Assembly (NCBI RefSeq): GCF_037042905.1
Contig: NC_087255.1
Coordinates: forward strand, 19,282,001 to 19,346,000
Reading direction: 5' to 3'
Source of the DNA: Lytechinus pictus
Taxonomy: Eukaryota
DNA length: 64,000 nucleotides
The notes under the pieces are model-generated. The model was given only the letters and a program-made list of their open reading frames with translations, did no database searches and was not told the DNA's origin. Below are positions 12,961-28,411 of the stretch, piece by piece. How positions within the stretch are numbered: position 1 is the first letter of the stretch; the number at the start of each line of letters is the position of its first letter. The position numbers and the translations under genes were made by a program.

Positions 12961-13729
12961 CTTTGAAAACGGATTTAGTAGAATGGTAGAAGAATCATGC
13001 TTTGAACTTCCAAGCATTGGTAAAACATCACGTGAGATTATGAAAAGGTTTTCGTATGGATGCACTTTGCAACAAACTGTAAAACTTGTCCTTAAATCCA
13101 CTTTCGAGCAATGACTACATAACGAAGTTTAAAAGAAATTTTTCATTATGTGTAATCAAAAGAGACTTTGAACATCATTGAAGACTCTTCGACAATGTCA
13201 TAAAATTTGCACTTGAACTTGTTCACAGATCTTCACAAATATTGGTGTTTGCCATCCATTCTCTGATTACAGAATAGTCATAGAAGTCTGATCGGCAAAG
13301 CGAATATAATCTTTGGACACGGACCATCGAGATGGAATTATTCATTTATACATGAGAGATTAAATCATTGAAGAAATTAGTTTCAGTTTATCTGCAGATG
13401 TGAAAAACTCTTTACTAAAAAGGGCAATAACTCCACTTTTCATGCTTTTATTGTTTTAGCGAGAAAAGGGAGTTATCTCCTGGGCCCCTATCAATGAATA
13501 GGCACTTAGCCATGACTGTATTACCATGGAAATTATTAGTTGATTATTTTGATTAGATTCTGAGCCATGTTACAATTGCAGTTTCCACGATTGCCAAGTT
13601 ACCATAGTTGTAAGTCCTCTTGAAATGGGACCCTGACTTTGTAAGCATAACGAATAACATATATTTACAAAAAGTGATTTGTTATTTTTCATTTTTTTAA
13701 AGAAAAGGTTCCAAGACATTAACCCTTAA

Positions 13730-14330
13730 AGGTCAAGTCCACCTCAGGAAAATGTTGATTTGAATCAATAGAGAAAAATCAGACAAGCATACTGCTGAAA
13801 ATTTCATTAAAATCGGATGTAAAATAAGAAAGTTATGACATTGTAAAGTTTCGCTTATTTTTCACAAAGTAGTTATATGCACAATTCAGTCACATGCAAA
13901 TGAGAGAATCGATGATGTCCCTCACTCACTATTTCTTTTGTTTTTTATTGTTCGAATTATACATTATTTCAATTTTTGTAGATTTGACAATAAGGACCAA
14001 CTTGACTGAACCATAAAATGTAAAGCAATTGTAATTCAACATGTTCAGGGAGAAATAAACTTTGTTTCACAGGACAATGAGGAGAAAATTAGAATATATC
14101 ATATTTCATATATTAAAATACAAAAGAAATAGTGAGTGAGTGATGTCATCACTTCCCTCATTTGCATACCGACCGGGATGTGCATATAACCGTTTTGTGA
14201 AATTAAGCGAAACATTAAAATGTCATAACTTTCTTATTTTACATCCGATTTTGATGAAATTTTCAGTGTTATGCTTGTTGGATTTTTCTCTTTTTATTCA
14301 AATCAATTTTTTGTTGGGTAGACTTGTCCT
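13730..14330. mobile_element. Kolobok/T2-like MITE family A, in the intron of ligand A
   Basis: TTAA|AGGTCAAGTCCACC ... GGTAGACTTGTCCT|TTAA. Confidence 0.9.
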
Positions 14331-14377
14331 TTAAATAGAGCCCAGTTATTTGATAGCAGTGCCAGTGTAGATGTTAA

Positions 14378-14972
14378 AGGGGAATCCAGCCCTGGTCATA
14401 ATATATTAAGTGTGAAAGGAGAAAAATAAATAGAACAGAATGGTGAAAGTTTGAAAGAAATCGGACAAGCTATAAGAACGTTATGGCTGTTTTAAAATTG
14501 AGATCTCTAAGACCATGTAGATTTCAAATTGGCAACTGGGTTAGTAAATTATGACAAAAGGCAAGGACAACTTTCCCATAGGCCATGTACTTTATTATCA
14601 GTGATTTGTGGTTTTCTCCTAAGTACTCATTCCCCTGGGGCTGTAATCTAAATATAGCCTAGGTAGTATATTGTTGTATGTCCTCATTAAAGAAAAATAA
14701 AATTTGAAGTAAAACATTTGAAAAAAATATAATTATAGTCATTTTATGTATTGGAGTACATGGAAGAGTAGTCCTTGCCTTACATCACTTTGACATCACA
14801 TTTGTTGCCAATTTGAAATCTCCATAGGTATAGTGATTACCAATATTCACAACTTTTAAACATTCATAACTTTCTTGTTGTTTGTCCGATATTGTTCAAA
14901 CTTTCACCTATCAACTTGTCTGATTTTCCTTTTTCCTCTAAAAGCAAGTTTTTATTTGGGTAGGATTCCCCT
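14378..14972. mobile_element. Kolobok/T2-like MITE family B
   Basis: TTAA|AGGGGAATCC ... GGATTCCCCT|TTAA. A reverse-orientation copy lies at 41928-42525. Confidence 0.88.
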
Positions 14973-15949
14973 TTAAAATTTCAATCGATACACTTTTCAG
15001 CTTATTAGGGTTTATTACCTATTGCCGTGAAGTGCTTTTATAACTTGCATTACATTCTTGAGCAAAGTATTCGATCCACATTATACTTTCACTGCATGGC
15101 TCGAAATTTTTACCTTAGAAACAACATTCCTTGGTAATGTTCCAGGATAGTGATTTTCTCAGAAATTTCACTTTTATCTATGCCAGTCAAGCGTTTTACA
15201 ACTGTTTTTTTTTTTCAAGCTCGTATGAGAATGAAACATTCACAGGAATTTTTTTCTGCTTTTTAGATGGACCACGCACTACATGTATATATTGTCTTGT
15301 TAAATAACTTGTTAAAGTTGTGAAAGTTTTCTGTATTAACTTGTTAAAGATTCAGTGGTCTAGCGATCTGGTGAAATGATTTGAAGCCATATGTTGATAA
15401 CCATTCTGCTGCTCTTTCATGTCTTTGGTATGGTATTAATCCCCATCAGGTCCCTCAGGGAGGACTTCAAGCCATCGGCCGTCTGTTTAGTTCACAACAA
15501 TTATCATATGCTTCGTTAATAGTCGGATTAAACAGCTTTCAAAAAACCATTAAAACCACATGAATTTTAATATGTTTTTTAAGGTCTTCCCAAATATATA
15601 GTTCGAACTTCAATTTAATGATCCCAACTGATGACTTTGTATTTTTTCTCGACGTGCATGTATGTCACGGAACGTAGGACCAGTAACAATTCTTTGGTAG
15701 CATACTGGACTTTGATATTTGTCTAAGGATGGCAAGGATTTCCCCATCATTTGACTCATGTCATTCGAAGATACCACGGTCACGGGGTAAGCTTTATGAC
15801 AATGGTTATACAAACCATCTTTAAGGATGACACAGCGACTGCTGCACTTATCGTAAACTGGGATCGAAGTATAGGAAAAGTTAACATACATTTTATGGCC
15901 ATTTATGGAGCTGTCATTTGTTGTTCTTCTACTGATAATGATAATTTTT

Positions 15950-16150
15950 ATTTACCCAGGGTAGCCACTTCACCTCTTATGAACTGTTTTCCCAGCGGGG
16001 TCCTGCACAGCGTAAATTTATTATTACCCGTTTTTTTTTCTAACACGTCGAGCGCTTGACAAGAGTGCAGAAGGTCCCCATTTCTCGGCCGGAGATCGAA
16101 CCCATGACCTCCCGTTCGCGAGGCGGGCGCTCTAACACTGAGCCACCTTG
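15950..16150 (-). mobile_element. tRNA-derived SINE, family 2
   Basis: On the - strand: GGTGGCTCAGTGTTAGAGCGCCCGCCTCGCGAACGGGAGGTCATGGGTTCGATCTCC, followed by an unrelated body. No paired acceptor stem is evident. Confidence 0.65.
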
Positions 16151-19100
16151 TCCTTGTCTCCGGTACTCAAACCCAAACTCGTTACCCCCTTTAAAAGCTT
16201 GAGGTTGACCGAGTGACTGAGTGTAGCGTCCGAGAAGGAGAATTTGTTATTTTCACACAATATATTCATCATTTTGAACTAAGCTTTGTAGGTGTTTCGT
16301 TAAGCTTGTTCGAAAGGAAAACACAAGAGGTGATCCGTATGGTTGCTATAAATGAGATTTCTTTAGTTCTTGCATCGATGTAATCGAATTTATATAACAT
16401 TATTTAAAGTTTGAAAAAAATAAATAATTACCTTCAGATGCTTCATAACAATAATAGCATTCCGCCATTTTTTTTTTATTCATGCTTGGTATTTTTTTAA
16501 ATAAATTTCTTAACGAGGTGTATAACAACAATTTGCGGTGAAAAGGGTGCTATGTTAGCCAGTGAAATGAAGCATTTTCAGCCTATATATATTAGGATAT
16601 TGTAGTGCAAGGGCACTTGTACGTGAGAGAGCGTAGCAATCAAGCCAAAAATAGCTACTTGAACTAGTGGCAGGTCCCAAATAGACCTACCACGATCCCC
16701 GTCAAACCCCATATTCGTTTCAAAAGGTAGGGGTAATGGACATTTTTTTAAATATAATTTTGAATGTTTTATTAAGTATATATTTTAATATACAATGATA
16801 ATGGGTGTGAAGTATGGCCTCACGTTCGTATCCTTGGCTAAGCCAATGTTTGAGTATTAATAAAGAAAATTATATTTCTTGGATTAGATATTGAAATGAT
16901 TGTAAACCAATTCTAAAGTGTACACAAATAAAAAATGGGGAGATTGAATCGGTAGTTTACTCATTGCACCATTTCTCACAGGACAAGTAGAGTGTAGATA
17001 TACGTAACAATTCCCAGAAACTATATCTTTAAAAGCGAATTATAAAATTAGTATGGAATTAGTAACAATGCAATGAAAACCTTGATCATATTTATTGCTG
17101 ACTGAAAAGCTTGGGCATGGTGGTTACACTGCAAATTGCAAATTTACCATAATTATGATAATCGTAAGTTCTTTATGATAAGGTCCCGGATTTTATTATT
17201 TATATTCTATGAATTTGACGATTACATCCCAGTGATCTATTCATAAACTGAATAATGTACTTCTAGCATTACAATAATATATTTATGATTTCATTGATTT
17301 TCTATTATTATATTTTTCTATTTTCCCACTTTCTTCAAAGCCCGTAACAAAAAAAGAATAAAAAGAGAAATTGAGACTAAAAAAAAAAAGACTTCTCGCA
17401 AACTAGTGCTTTAGACAGAACTTATACAATAGTGATAACATAATAAGTATAATATATCGCATAACGAATTAGAAGAAAAAGGGGAGTAAATTATGCCTTA
17501 ACAACAACAATATGACCCAAACTAGTGCTTTAGACAGAACGTACACAATGAATGGTGACAAAATAATTTTAAAAGTGGCCTGAAATGATTGATGAAACTG
17601 CCTATTTTTCTGGTCATTGAATAACTAATCTCATTATCAGGCTTTAAGTGACCCAGTAACCTATGAAATGTGACAATGATAATGATAATAAAAAAATCCC
17701 CAAATCTCAGCTGATCCGGGCTAAAAGCTTTACCTGTGTGAATTGTCCAGGCACGCACACGAGACCCAGGTGAGATGACAATCGCATCTGTTTACCGACG
17801 ATTATCTCTGCTTTTTTAAACTTTTGTACTGGATTGCCATCGCTTGGGGAGCGGAGCAAGGCAAATAGAAAAACAACTCTTTCTTCCCTCAGAAAAATAA
17901 AAAAAATATGTACAATTGACTCGATATCAAAGCAAGAAACCCACTCCAGGACTTTTGTTTGCTGACCGTATTTTTCCTTCTGTTTTTTCATTTTCTCTGC
18001 AATCTGCGCCCTATTCTTTTGCTCTTACACTCTTTTGAACAGATGCGCTCCATAAAGCACCACATTTGAAAGCATTCGTCATTAGAAGTTGATGTATTTA
18101 TCAAGTCAGATAAAAGGTAGAATTACGACACAGCCAGGGGCCTTTGGCACGAGATTAACACCAAATTGTATGAAGCATCACCTGGAATGGGTAACAGAAA
18201 ATAAGGATTCCCTCAAAATATATTAACCGTTAAACGCTGAAAAATACAGCATTTGTATGTTTCACAACAGAAGGCATTATTATTTGTAAGAGTTGTTTTT
18301 AATCTTTCCAAAGCCCCCATGATCTTTGGGTAAAACCTTCTAAACCCTGCTATGCATAGAAACCATATAATATACCAATTCTAGAGCACAAGCGAGCCTT
18401 TTGTAAGAAGTGATCGCAACACAATACAGATTTCATTATTCAATATAAGCGAGTGTTTATTTGTTATACCAGCTGTATTCCAATGCATTACAGAGGTTGC
18501 TTTTTGTGCTCAATATTGAGTTTGCATTATCATATATTTATGATATCAATGGCAGTACCGATGACCAGTTGGCCTTGCAAGATTATAAATTGCATAAACA
18601 TGATAAGTACTGTTTTGTCCGTCTTCTCATTGTATTGCAGATACAGATTACACCTTTTCTTCCTTTATGAGATTACGGATTACACTTTTAAGTTTCGTTC
18701 CTTGCTTATCCTTTTTTATAATATTTTTTCGGTAAATTAAATGAGGATAAACAACATCTAATAATGATGGCCACGATAATCAATGAATCACAAGAAAATG
18801 AAACATTTACAAAGTATTAAGTCATGAAAGGTCTGTGCAGCGCAAAACCATATAAATGTCAAATTATCCGTGATCAAACGCTAAAATGGCTGTGTGCGCT
18901 TCCATGCCTACTAAATAATATGATTATTGGTATTATTAAATGGTTTCATAATATCAATACTATACTTAACCGAAGAAAACAATATTTAATATGATATGAT
19001 AAAATTCTCCATGGCTATTTAATGATAATATTTCATGGTTTCGTGGTATTAATACCAATAAACTGAAGAAAAATATATGATATAATAAAATTCTCCTCTT

Positions 19101-19678
19101 TTAAGTACACGTTGTAAGGATTTATTTGCATTAAGCGTTCAAACCACTAATTTGGTAAAGCATTTACTCCAACAAATCCGTTTTATCCGACAGTTACCAT
19201 AGTAATAATTAGACAGCAGTGCTTCTCAGCCAATCGAAATCAAGGAAAGAAGTCAGATCTGAAAAAAAAAATTGTCAAGTGACAAAAAAAGATAACCCCA
19301 CCCCCCGCGGAGGAAATTTATTCCTTGAAACAGAAGGCCCATGAGAATTGCTCCGCTGATGTATATTTGTAGAACGCAAGTAGGGAAAGTTTGGGGAACG
19401 TTTCATGGGGGGGGGGGGGAGACTTGTCGGACGTTTTTTTTTAACAAGTCAGACTTGTCAGACGCATGCATGAATGGCAATGCTCCTCGGATGAATGCAT
19501 TGTTATTGGGAAATTGTTATAAATGTCTTAAGCAAGGAATTGTTAGTGGGACTCCATAATGCATAAATATTTATGAAACATGGTGATTAATATACTTGAA
19601 ATGAATACACAAAACAAACAGCCGAAGACCCCCAGCCTATAACTGCGATAGGACGTCTATTGCAGAAGTTTCGATCCT

Positions 19679-19755
19679 TGTGGTCTAGTGGTTAGAGCAT
19701 TGGACTCATGATCGTTAGGTTGTCAGTACGAATCCCCGCTCTGCCATTGTGTCCT
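19679..19755 (+). mobile_element. Degenerate tRNA-like SINE head
   Basis: TGTGGTCTAGTGGTTAGAGC ... GTACGAATCC. Confidence 0.5.
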
Positions 19756-21297
19756 CTTTGATAAAAAGACCCAGGATTAATTATTGACTTCTACAAAGTC
19801 TGAATTGGATGTAAAATTTTTCCTATGTAATTTGTTTATACCAGCTTGGCGTTTAGCAGCAAGATCATGCCGAGTTCCTACGGGAGCCATAGCAGATACA
19901 GAAAGTTTCAAGCCAGGTTGTCAATTCAGACTGGAGTGAGGTTCTGGATTTTTTCCTTTATTCGTAAATCGGGGAACATTTTCTCACCTGTACCTTCGTA
20001 AACCTTTAGCTCGTAGTGGAACGGGTGTTATGTTGTAATTGGAAACATGCGAACCTTGACACGATGGGCTTCATAGTAAATCTACCCGGTAGGACAGACA
20101 ACCTACTTTTCTCCAAGGTCAAGCGATCAGAAGCTGAGCATCAATGTGTGCTGCTATGTAGGTGGAAACACGAGTGCACCCAGACATTATCGAATGAATG
20201 CAAATACATTAGATCAGATAAAAAATATATCGAAGGTCAAATGAGATGAAAAGAGTAAAAAAAAGAGTAAATGCTTGTAACCAAGCGAATCAACACAACT
20301 TGCAGTGATTAATTTCTCAAAGCTTGATTGGTTAATGATAAATAATAATAAGTTACATTTTATATAGCGCTTAATACTTTTAATACATGTAAGTATTTTA
20401 CGTTTTAATCATTATTTCCCCTCAGGGGCGTCACGGGGGATGAGTGTGGAGGTTACGAACGAACCCCCTTCAGACAAAACAAGTCATCGGCGAAGGGGGG
20501 AGGAGGGTGCATGGTGGAGGGGCTTTGAGAAGGTCAACAATTTTTTATTGGTTGTCTTTTTTTTCCCAAATCGCACCCCCTTGAAAAAATTTTGGTGACG
20601 GCACTGCCCCCGTCGTCGGTTTCGTATCGGGCAAAACTTTTATGAAAAAAAGTTGCGAGTGAGTGAAGCGAGCTAGCAACTATTTCGATATTTTTATTAC
20701 AAAAAAAAATCAAATTTGTGATAGATTTTGACATTATATTCAGAAAATAGTATTACATTTAACCCTTCTCTCATTAATTTTCTTTTATTTTCCTTTTTTT
20801 CTTGGTTGTGAAAAATCGGGGGGGGGGGCGGGGCAAGCGCCCCCAAGACCCCTATCTGTACGCCACTGATCATGTGCCTATTTGGTATTTACCTATCGCA
20901 ATTTCATTTAGGTCTTTTAATTTAATAAAAAGAAAACTACCACTGGGCGAATGTATAGGCCTTTTTTATCACTATTATTTCAAATTTTGACTCGGAATGG
21001 CGGCAACTGAGAGTTAGGAAAGGAGTCAGATTTATTCTAGATTTGATAGATAACTAAGATTCTGATTTAAGTTCACTTGGATGGTGTAAAATCAGATGAA
21101 AACCACTCAATTCCGAGTCTAAGTAACTTAGAGCCCTAGTCAGTTTGACTAGAAAGATAGTTGATTCCCAAATGGCGCCATTCCGCGTCAGATTTTATAT
21201 AAAGCAAGCGTGATTGGCCATAGATTAAGATATTACCAGGCCAAGGAAATGAAAGATATTAAATAATTAGAATATATTTAGACACAAACTGGTGACA

Positions 21298-21335
<38 letters not shown>

Positions 21336-23429
21336 GGGGGGGGGGGGGGGTGGGTGATTACAACAAGGTGTTTGTCGGTAAATGAACATGGCACATACCA
21401 GATACAACTTGTCGTTGCACCTCCGGAAAAGACGATAAATACAAAATATTGTTTCTCTAAGAGATGATATAAAATACCGCTCCGAAGATCATGACAATGC
21501 GAATGTTTGTTTAAATGCTTCAAATAGCTGCCGCCTTCTAATGAAGTAGGGCGTACCATTCTGGTTCAAAATTGTTCAAACGTCTTGGTCTGGTAAAAAA
21601 CATGAATGATATCACAAAACTGTAATCTGGCTATTGAAATTTAAACAAATATTATTTTGCACAGATTCCAAAAGCTCAAGATCTGTGTCTTCAATCGTGT
21701 GAGGACAGCCACGGTTCATCGCTCGAACATTAAAAGAGTTCTAACTGTTTTGCTCAAAACTGATATTTCCATGTTTCAGAGTTCAAATAGAAATGTTAAA
21801 ATAGTGAAAATTGATAAAAGGATAAATTTTCTCATGGTTTTATACCCTGCATGAACTGGATATAAAGGGATGAATAAATAATGGTTCACATCAGGTTGTT
21901 TTTCTCCGAAGGGGCTACTCAAAGATACGGGTCTAATTGTGAAAATGCATCTTTGCTCTCCACTACTGTCCGGTTAATTTCAATTACGATAAAGTCACCT
22001 TCATGACGAGTTATTCATAGTCCATTAGGTACATGATATTACAGAGTACAGTATTCGGAACTCATGTTTAATATAAACTCTGGTTTAAAATAGTATTATA
22101 TAACCACAGACAGCCAATTGTGACAAGTACACTACAGGTTAGTTTGTCAGCTCAATCATAAATGACTGGGAATTTAGTGAAATAGTTCTCCTTATTATAT
22201 AAAAAAATAAGTATAGAGCTAAGTAAAGGTAGGAAACATATTATGTACATGCAATTTTGAAATAATTGTTGGCTTCTCATAATTTTAACACAGAGTTGGA
22301 CCCGGGCCAGGCCAAGGTGTCAGTTAATACATACAATATATATATATATATAAATGTGTAAAGTTATACATGTACAACAGCATTGGCAACTCTTTTTATT
22401 TAAATATTGTAAAGAAATATATATATATATAGTCGGTTAAATACTTCTTTTATTAATCAGGGGAGTGTTTCATCAACATTTTTCGTCTGGTAAGTTGTCA
22501 GATCTGACAATTTTTCTTGATATTTGATTGGCTGAGAAGCACTGTTACTATGGTAACCTGTAGGATAAAACAGTACATGTCGGTTAAAACGTCCGAAAGT
22601 TCCTTTCATTAACGCTCCCCCGAGAATGATAACGTCACCTCTGGTTCGTCTAGCCCCCCTTAACCTTCCTCCACTAAAAAAAATACATTGACGCCACCCT
22701 TTTGATATCTACCTTAGATAACGAAATATAGGTACACAAAATATACATGATTCTCTCTTATCCTCTTCTAGCTTCATTTCTTTTCTTTTCCAATGAATTC
22801 CATTCAAACATAAAACAAAGTAACATAAATGGGATAAAAGTATCAAATTTACAGTTGAGAGAAAAGCAGTATTAAATAGAGCGTATGGATATGAAGGGGT
22901 CCACTAAATGCAATGCTTGTAAAATGTGGATTCTCATTGAAAATATAAAACTAATTTGGTACTTTAGATGACACATGCGTATCATATGGCTCTCATTCCA
23001 AATATATATTTTTTGTAAAACCCTAAATGGGTATTTATTCAAAATCACATTACATAGGCAGTAACAAGAAAATCAAAATATGACATTCAAATCAAATGAG
23101 ACATTAAAAAAGAGAAAAACTTACAGCATATATATATCATATGTTTCGGTAGGCTGTGATACTGCTTTTCACTATTCAGATCTGCTTTGATTCTTTTATA
23201 TATTTCTTGTTCAAGTTATATATTTATTTATTTATTTATTTTGTTTTATTTATTTTATACTGCAGGGTAGGCCTGTTCAGTTCTTAAAACTGCTTTACAA
23301 AGGCGCCCTGCAGTTAGATTCACGATCTTTTCCTTATTGATTCCGTATATACCTATAAATACACCAAAAGACATAAGTATACATATGTGTCCTTTTAATA
23401 ACGGGCAAATGAGACAAGAAATAAGAGAC

Positions 23430-23583
23430 CAATGGCGGATCCAGGCATGGGGACATCCTGCCCGTGCCCGCCGCCCCCACTTTGAGAGACTTAAAATATT
23501 TTTAATGAGCACCTTTTCTTTTACTTGTCCTTACATAAATCACCCAAAATACCCCCTTTTGGGAAATCCTGGATCCGCCCATG
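23430..23583. mobile_element. Small TIR element (hAT-like termini)
   Basis: CAATGGCGGATCCAGG ... CCTGGATCCGCCCATG. No TSD is evident. Confidence 0.6.
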
Positions 23584-26500
23584 CATGGATGTGATCTAGG
23601 TATTCGTAGCTCCTCGGTATAGATTACAAAAAATACCCCCCCCCCCCAAAAAAAAGGGGAAAAAGTCGTCCTTGAACGAGAGGTGGTGTGAATTTGAATG
23701 AGAAGGTCTTTTGAATTAGTTAAAACCCAATAAGTCTATTGTATATTTTCCTGTTTGTGAAAGGGTGTGACCTAGTCAAACCTTTTCGTCACCAGTCCAT
23801 TATGTTTGTAAAAATATTGGGACATTGTGCGAAAGAAAATTGTTGTTCCTCTCCAGAGGAAAAAAAAAGATTACCAAAAGCTGAACTTTGGATGCTCTGT
23901 TGGAACACGAATAATAATTAAGATCTTTAGAGCGCAGAAATATAGCTGAATTATGCGTTCTAAATGACGACGTGCATGTGTGCGCGAGGGCGTGTGTGTG
24001 GGTGTGAAAGAGGAACGATTGTGTTATTATTCGGGAGCACTTTAAAGTCTACTACTACCTTACTAACTTCAATGTTCCATATTTTTTTTCAAAATTTCAT
24101 GAATAATGAACAACGATTTTATTTTTGGTCAAACATGAATTGAGTTGATCATGGAACCACATTATTTTTTCTTTTTGAATTCCAATACATAGCTAAAGAG
24201 ATTTAAAAATTCCACTCTGAAATACTCTTTTAACTGGATCCACGTTCTCCCATATCTTTAATTCGCTCCCAAATCAGATAATATCTTATGAAGAAAGTAA
24301 ACATATGATATTTACACATGTATATACATTTATTCTCCTTCTCATGACGTTAATCAATTTCCCTTATAATTTAAAAGAGTTTTGTAACAGATCCTTGACG
24401 ATAAGGTATCCATTCTGTCATTTCTTTGCCATTTTTTTAATGTTCATACTCCTGCCATTCCTGAAAAGTATGAAATACATCTTTTACAATAATATACTTT
24501 ATTATCTCTCTATCATCGTCTGTATATTGGCCACTTTCTTCCTACACATTTGGCAGCTTTCAACGGACGTTTGACGGGGGTGATTCCACCATTAACCCAA
24601 AATCAATATTTTGATAGGAATTTAGCCAAGTTATTTTGAAGGTCATCGCCTAACCTTCCGATCAGATGCTCTCCTATAAATAGGAGTGTACTCACTCTTG
24701 GAGAGCATCAAACTTTGAACGTTGGCAAAGTGTAGTATACAAAATGTAAATTGCCACTTGGTCTCTACACTGAATTGGTCTATAACCATTTGGTCTACTT
24801 TCAGTTTGTTCCAATCCCACATGGTCTAATCTTGGTCTACTAACCATTTCATTTAATGATTTGGCTGATTTTTTAATTTTACTATTTGAAGACCAAATTA
24901 TTGTTATAGCTATTTCCAGAGAGCCTTCCCTGACGAAGTATTGCTGGTTTTGGGGTGGCTGGACATACTGACTAATTTCCAGCTAGTTCAAGTTCAAGTT
25001 TATGTATTAAAAACCCCCAAAACATCACATTATAATAAAACTGAATATACGTACATTGCATATGAGTACATAAACACGTATCAATTTGACTACAGCATAG
25101 ACGAATTGGTTTTAGGAACCTTTTAAAAGCAAGGCTTGTGAGCGGGGCCCTGGAATACTTAACATGATAAATAACATAAAATATAGGATATACTAATCTA
25201 CAGAATACAAAAGAGAGAGAAAAAAGTTGTTTATAAGGTTAAGATGCTAAACTAGACTGGAAACTATTTACAAACACACATATACGCACACACCCACAAC
25301 CACACCCACCCACACATGCACATGCTTAACATTAATGAGTAGGTCATCAAGTTAAATGTAAGAAAGTACTCGACATATTGAAGGAAAATAATCATAACCT
25401 TTCAGGAAAGTTAGTTTTGGCTAACCTTTTGAACATGGAAAAAGTTATTTTTTTATTTTTTATATCAACATGCAAACTGTCCCATTCTAGTCTAAAGATT
25501 TAAACACATATCATTAAAAAAAAAAAATCTTCATTTAAACGTGCTCATAACGCATTTCGTCTAACGTCCACTTCACTTACGGCGATCAGGGGGGGGGGGG
25601 GGGCGATGGGCGTGTCCCCTTCCCTCTCGATTTTCGAATTTCCTACAGGAGCTTATTGGAGAGGGATTGACAAAAACATCTCACGTAATCGCCGCTTATG
25701 ATCCACTCGGTCTAACACCAATTTGTATATCAGATGAAATATAGGTCTATATAAACCAAATAGTCTCATTAAAAAGTGCGTAAAAGTAAGTAAATAAAAT
25801 GGAAATTAGACCAACTCCCTTTTTTGTCAAGTTTCTACGAATCATTCAAATTTATCATTTATTTTATTCTTTTTTTTTTCAAGATGTTTATAATCATTAT
25901 CTTTACTGTCACCGTTATCATGAAGTAGTAATTGTTGATGTCAGTTTTACTTGTCCTTTTATCATTACTGTAAAAATGATGTAATTACATTTGTTTTGCC
26001 CATTGACTCTTTTTGCCTTCTTTCTTCATATGATTTTCAAATGAATAAAGAGTCACCAGTGTGTCATTATCAAAGCAATAGTATCTGTGAGTAAATTATG
26101 ATAGAACGTCGATAATTCGAATCTATTGTTATAAAACTGCTCGCTTTTCACGTTGTTACTATTATGCTTCCCATACTGTGACTATCATAATCTCTACATT
26201 TCTGTTCTTAACAATGCAACAATGTCACCTGAACATGCTGGATGTCAAGATTGTCAACAGAGATTAGTATGGAGAATGGGGCAAGGACTATAAAGGACAT
26301 TGTTATCAATGTGATAACATTAATCATTATCATAATCAAACATGTTTGACCTAGCTTAATTTATTGGCATTAGGCCTATATTATTTCGGATGAAAGGGCT
26401 TTTGGTAATAAGTCAATCGCTCAGATGTAGGTAAAACACACCAAACTATAGGTTTCTGAATAAATTAGGAGTATCTATTGATAAAACGTCCATCTGAAAA

Positions 26501-27833
26501 TTATTATTATGGTTATTGAAATTATTATTATAGCTATTGTTATCATTATAATTATTATTGTTATTATTATCATTATCATCATAATTATTATTATCATCAT
26601 TAGTAGTAACATTATAATTATTTTCCATTATAATAATGTACTTAGTAGTAGTACTACTACTACTACTACTAGTAGTAGTAGTAGTAGTAGTAGTAATAGT
26701 GACATTTCTAGGATGAAAATGACAATATGATAATGAATAATAACTGACTTGAACCTAATCGAACCTATGCCCTGAACGTTCTGAACTACACCTGCAAATG
26801 ATACATATATGTTTGCGTTCATGTGTTCTTCTATTCTTCTTTTATTTCATGCCCCAGTTAGGTGTTGTAAAAGCCATTCCTTAAAACAATGGCATGTGGG
26901 ATTACTCACCCGAAAGCGATCTATTTTAAGAGCAAAGATCAGCTGTGTTTGGTGACAAGATAACTGAGGACAATTGATATTGTCATCATGGACTTTGCGT
27001 TTCTTGGTTTAACGCTGTTCCAATCCAAAATAAATATAGTGATTTGGAATTGATTTCTTCGTAAAGTATATTGGGTTAATTACAAGGATTCGTCATGACA
27101 TAATGACACAAAGAATTTGGGGTATGTTCTTCTAGTCCACAAAGATGTTCAATTATCGTCATATGTCATTTTTAAAATTATTATTACTATTATTATCATT
27201 AATATTACCATTATTATTATCTTTACGATTACTATTATTATTATTAGCATTATTAATGATTATGGTCATTATTTTCTAATCTTAATATTGTTATTTTTGC
27301 AAAGATGGGAATTACTATTCACAAAAACATTTCACAACTATTTTTTTTAGTTCAACAGAAACTCAATTTTAGTCAAAACAAACAAAAGGCGACCTTGTGA
27401 TCAGTCGCTTCGCTCCCTCGCTTAGATTGCATTCTTTTACAATAATTTTAGATATCAAGGGGGAAAAACAACATGAGTAGGGCCTACATGTTTGTAGATG
27501 TTGTGGATCAATATTAGTTTAGGAAATTGGGACATTTGTGCCAGATAGTATTGCTACATCCCCCACCGAATGCTTGTCCTGATTTACGCAACTGCCATGA
27601 CTGCGCTGAAGCATGGACCTTTAGGTCCATGACTGAAGCAAGGCCCGTGTACAAGTTTTAAAAGGCCAAGCTGTGGAAAATACTCTATTATTGCATGTTA
27701 CATTTTTGTGCTATAGATTTCCTCATTTTGAAAGCAAGAATGAAACCCCTTCGTAGTCCAATCGGTCGCTTCCCTCCCTCGTTTACGACAAACATTTTAC
27801 ATATCACCTCTTAGGAAAACTGCGTATGACCAA

Positions 27834-28089
27834 GGTCCCGTCTTACAAAGAGATTTGATTGATCCGATCAACCACAACTATGGACGGCCAGCAACGTCAA
27901 CATCTATTATGCATGTTTGCTCAAAATATTTTCTAGATATGATGTGTAATTAATACATTCATCATTCTCATGGAAATTTAGTATGATTCTCTTTAGATTG
28001 TGCAAATTTCCTGTAGAAATTTATAGTCTAGATGGATTTCCATACATTTGGACTGATTAGATCTATCGTAACTCTTTGTAAGACGGGGC
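27834..28089. mobile_element. TIR MITE (CCCGTCTTACAAAGAG family)
   Basis: CCCGTCTTACAAAGAG ... CTCTTTGTAAGACGGG. An interrupted reverse copy lies at about 39107-39563. Confidence 0.75.
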
Positions 28090-28280
28090 TGGCCCAGGAT
28101 TGGTATTAGGTCAATTGCAGTTCTTTTTTTTTAAATAAATTTAATTCATTGAATTGCTAGTGTGATTGCATGTTAAGTGATATTATCCCGACATAGCATT
28201 TACTGAATATTGTTAGAACACATAAAGCCTACTTGAATTTTGAATCACTAAAAATGACGAAATTCAATGTGCTTGGCCGT

Positions 28281-28411
28281 AGGCCCGTGACACAAATCGT
28301 AGCAATGATTGTAGATAATTTTTCTACGATTGATTCCATTGACTACAATACACAATCAATCGTGAAAATCAAGCGTACGATTAATCGCTAACCTTTGTGT
28401 TACAGGGCCCT
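28281..28411. mobile_element. Palindromic MITE (CCCGTAACACAAAGG family)
   Basis: AGGCCCGTGACACAAA ... TTTGTGTTACAGGGCCCT. A relative lies at 51821-51954. Confidence 0.7.

Noticed and set aside
16085-16150. Possible tRNA genes (also 7731, 19679, 54205-54275)
   Set aside because: A and B boxes are present, but there is no complete acceptor stem and the heads are fused to longer non-tRNA bodies. They were called SINE heads, and tRNAscan-SE would settle it.
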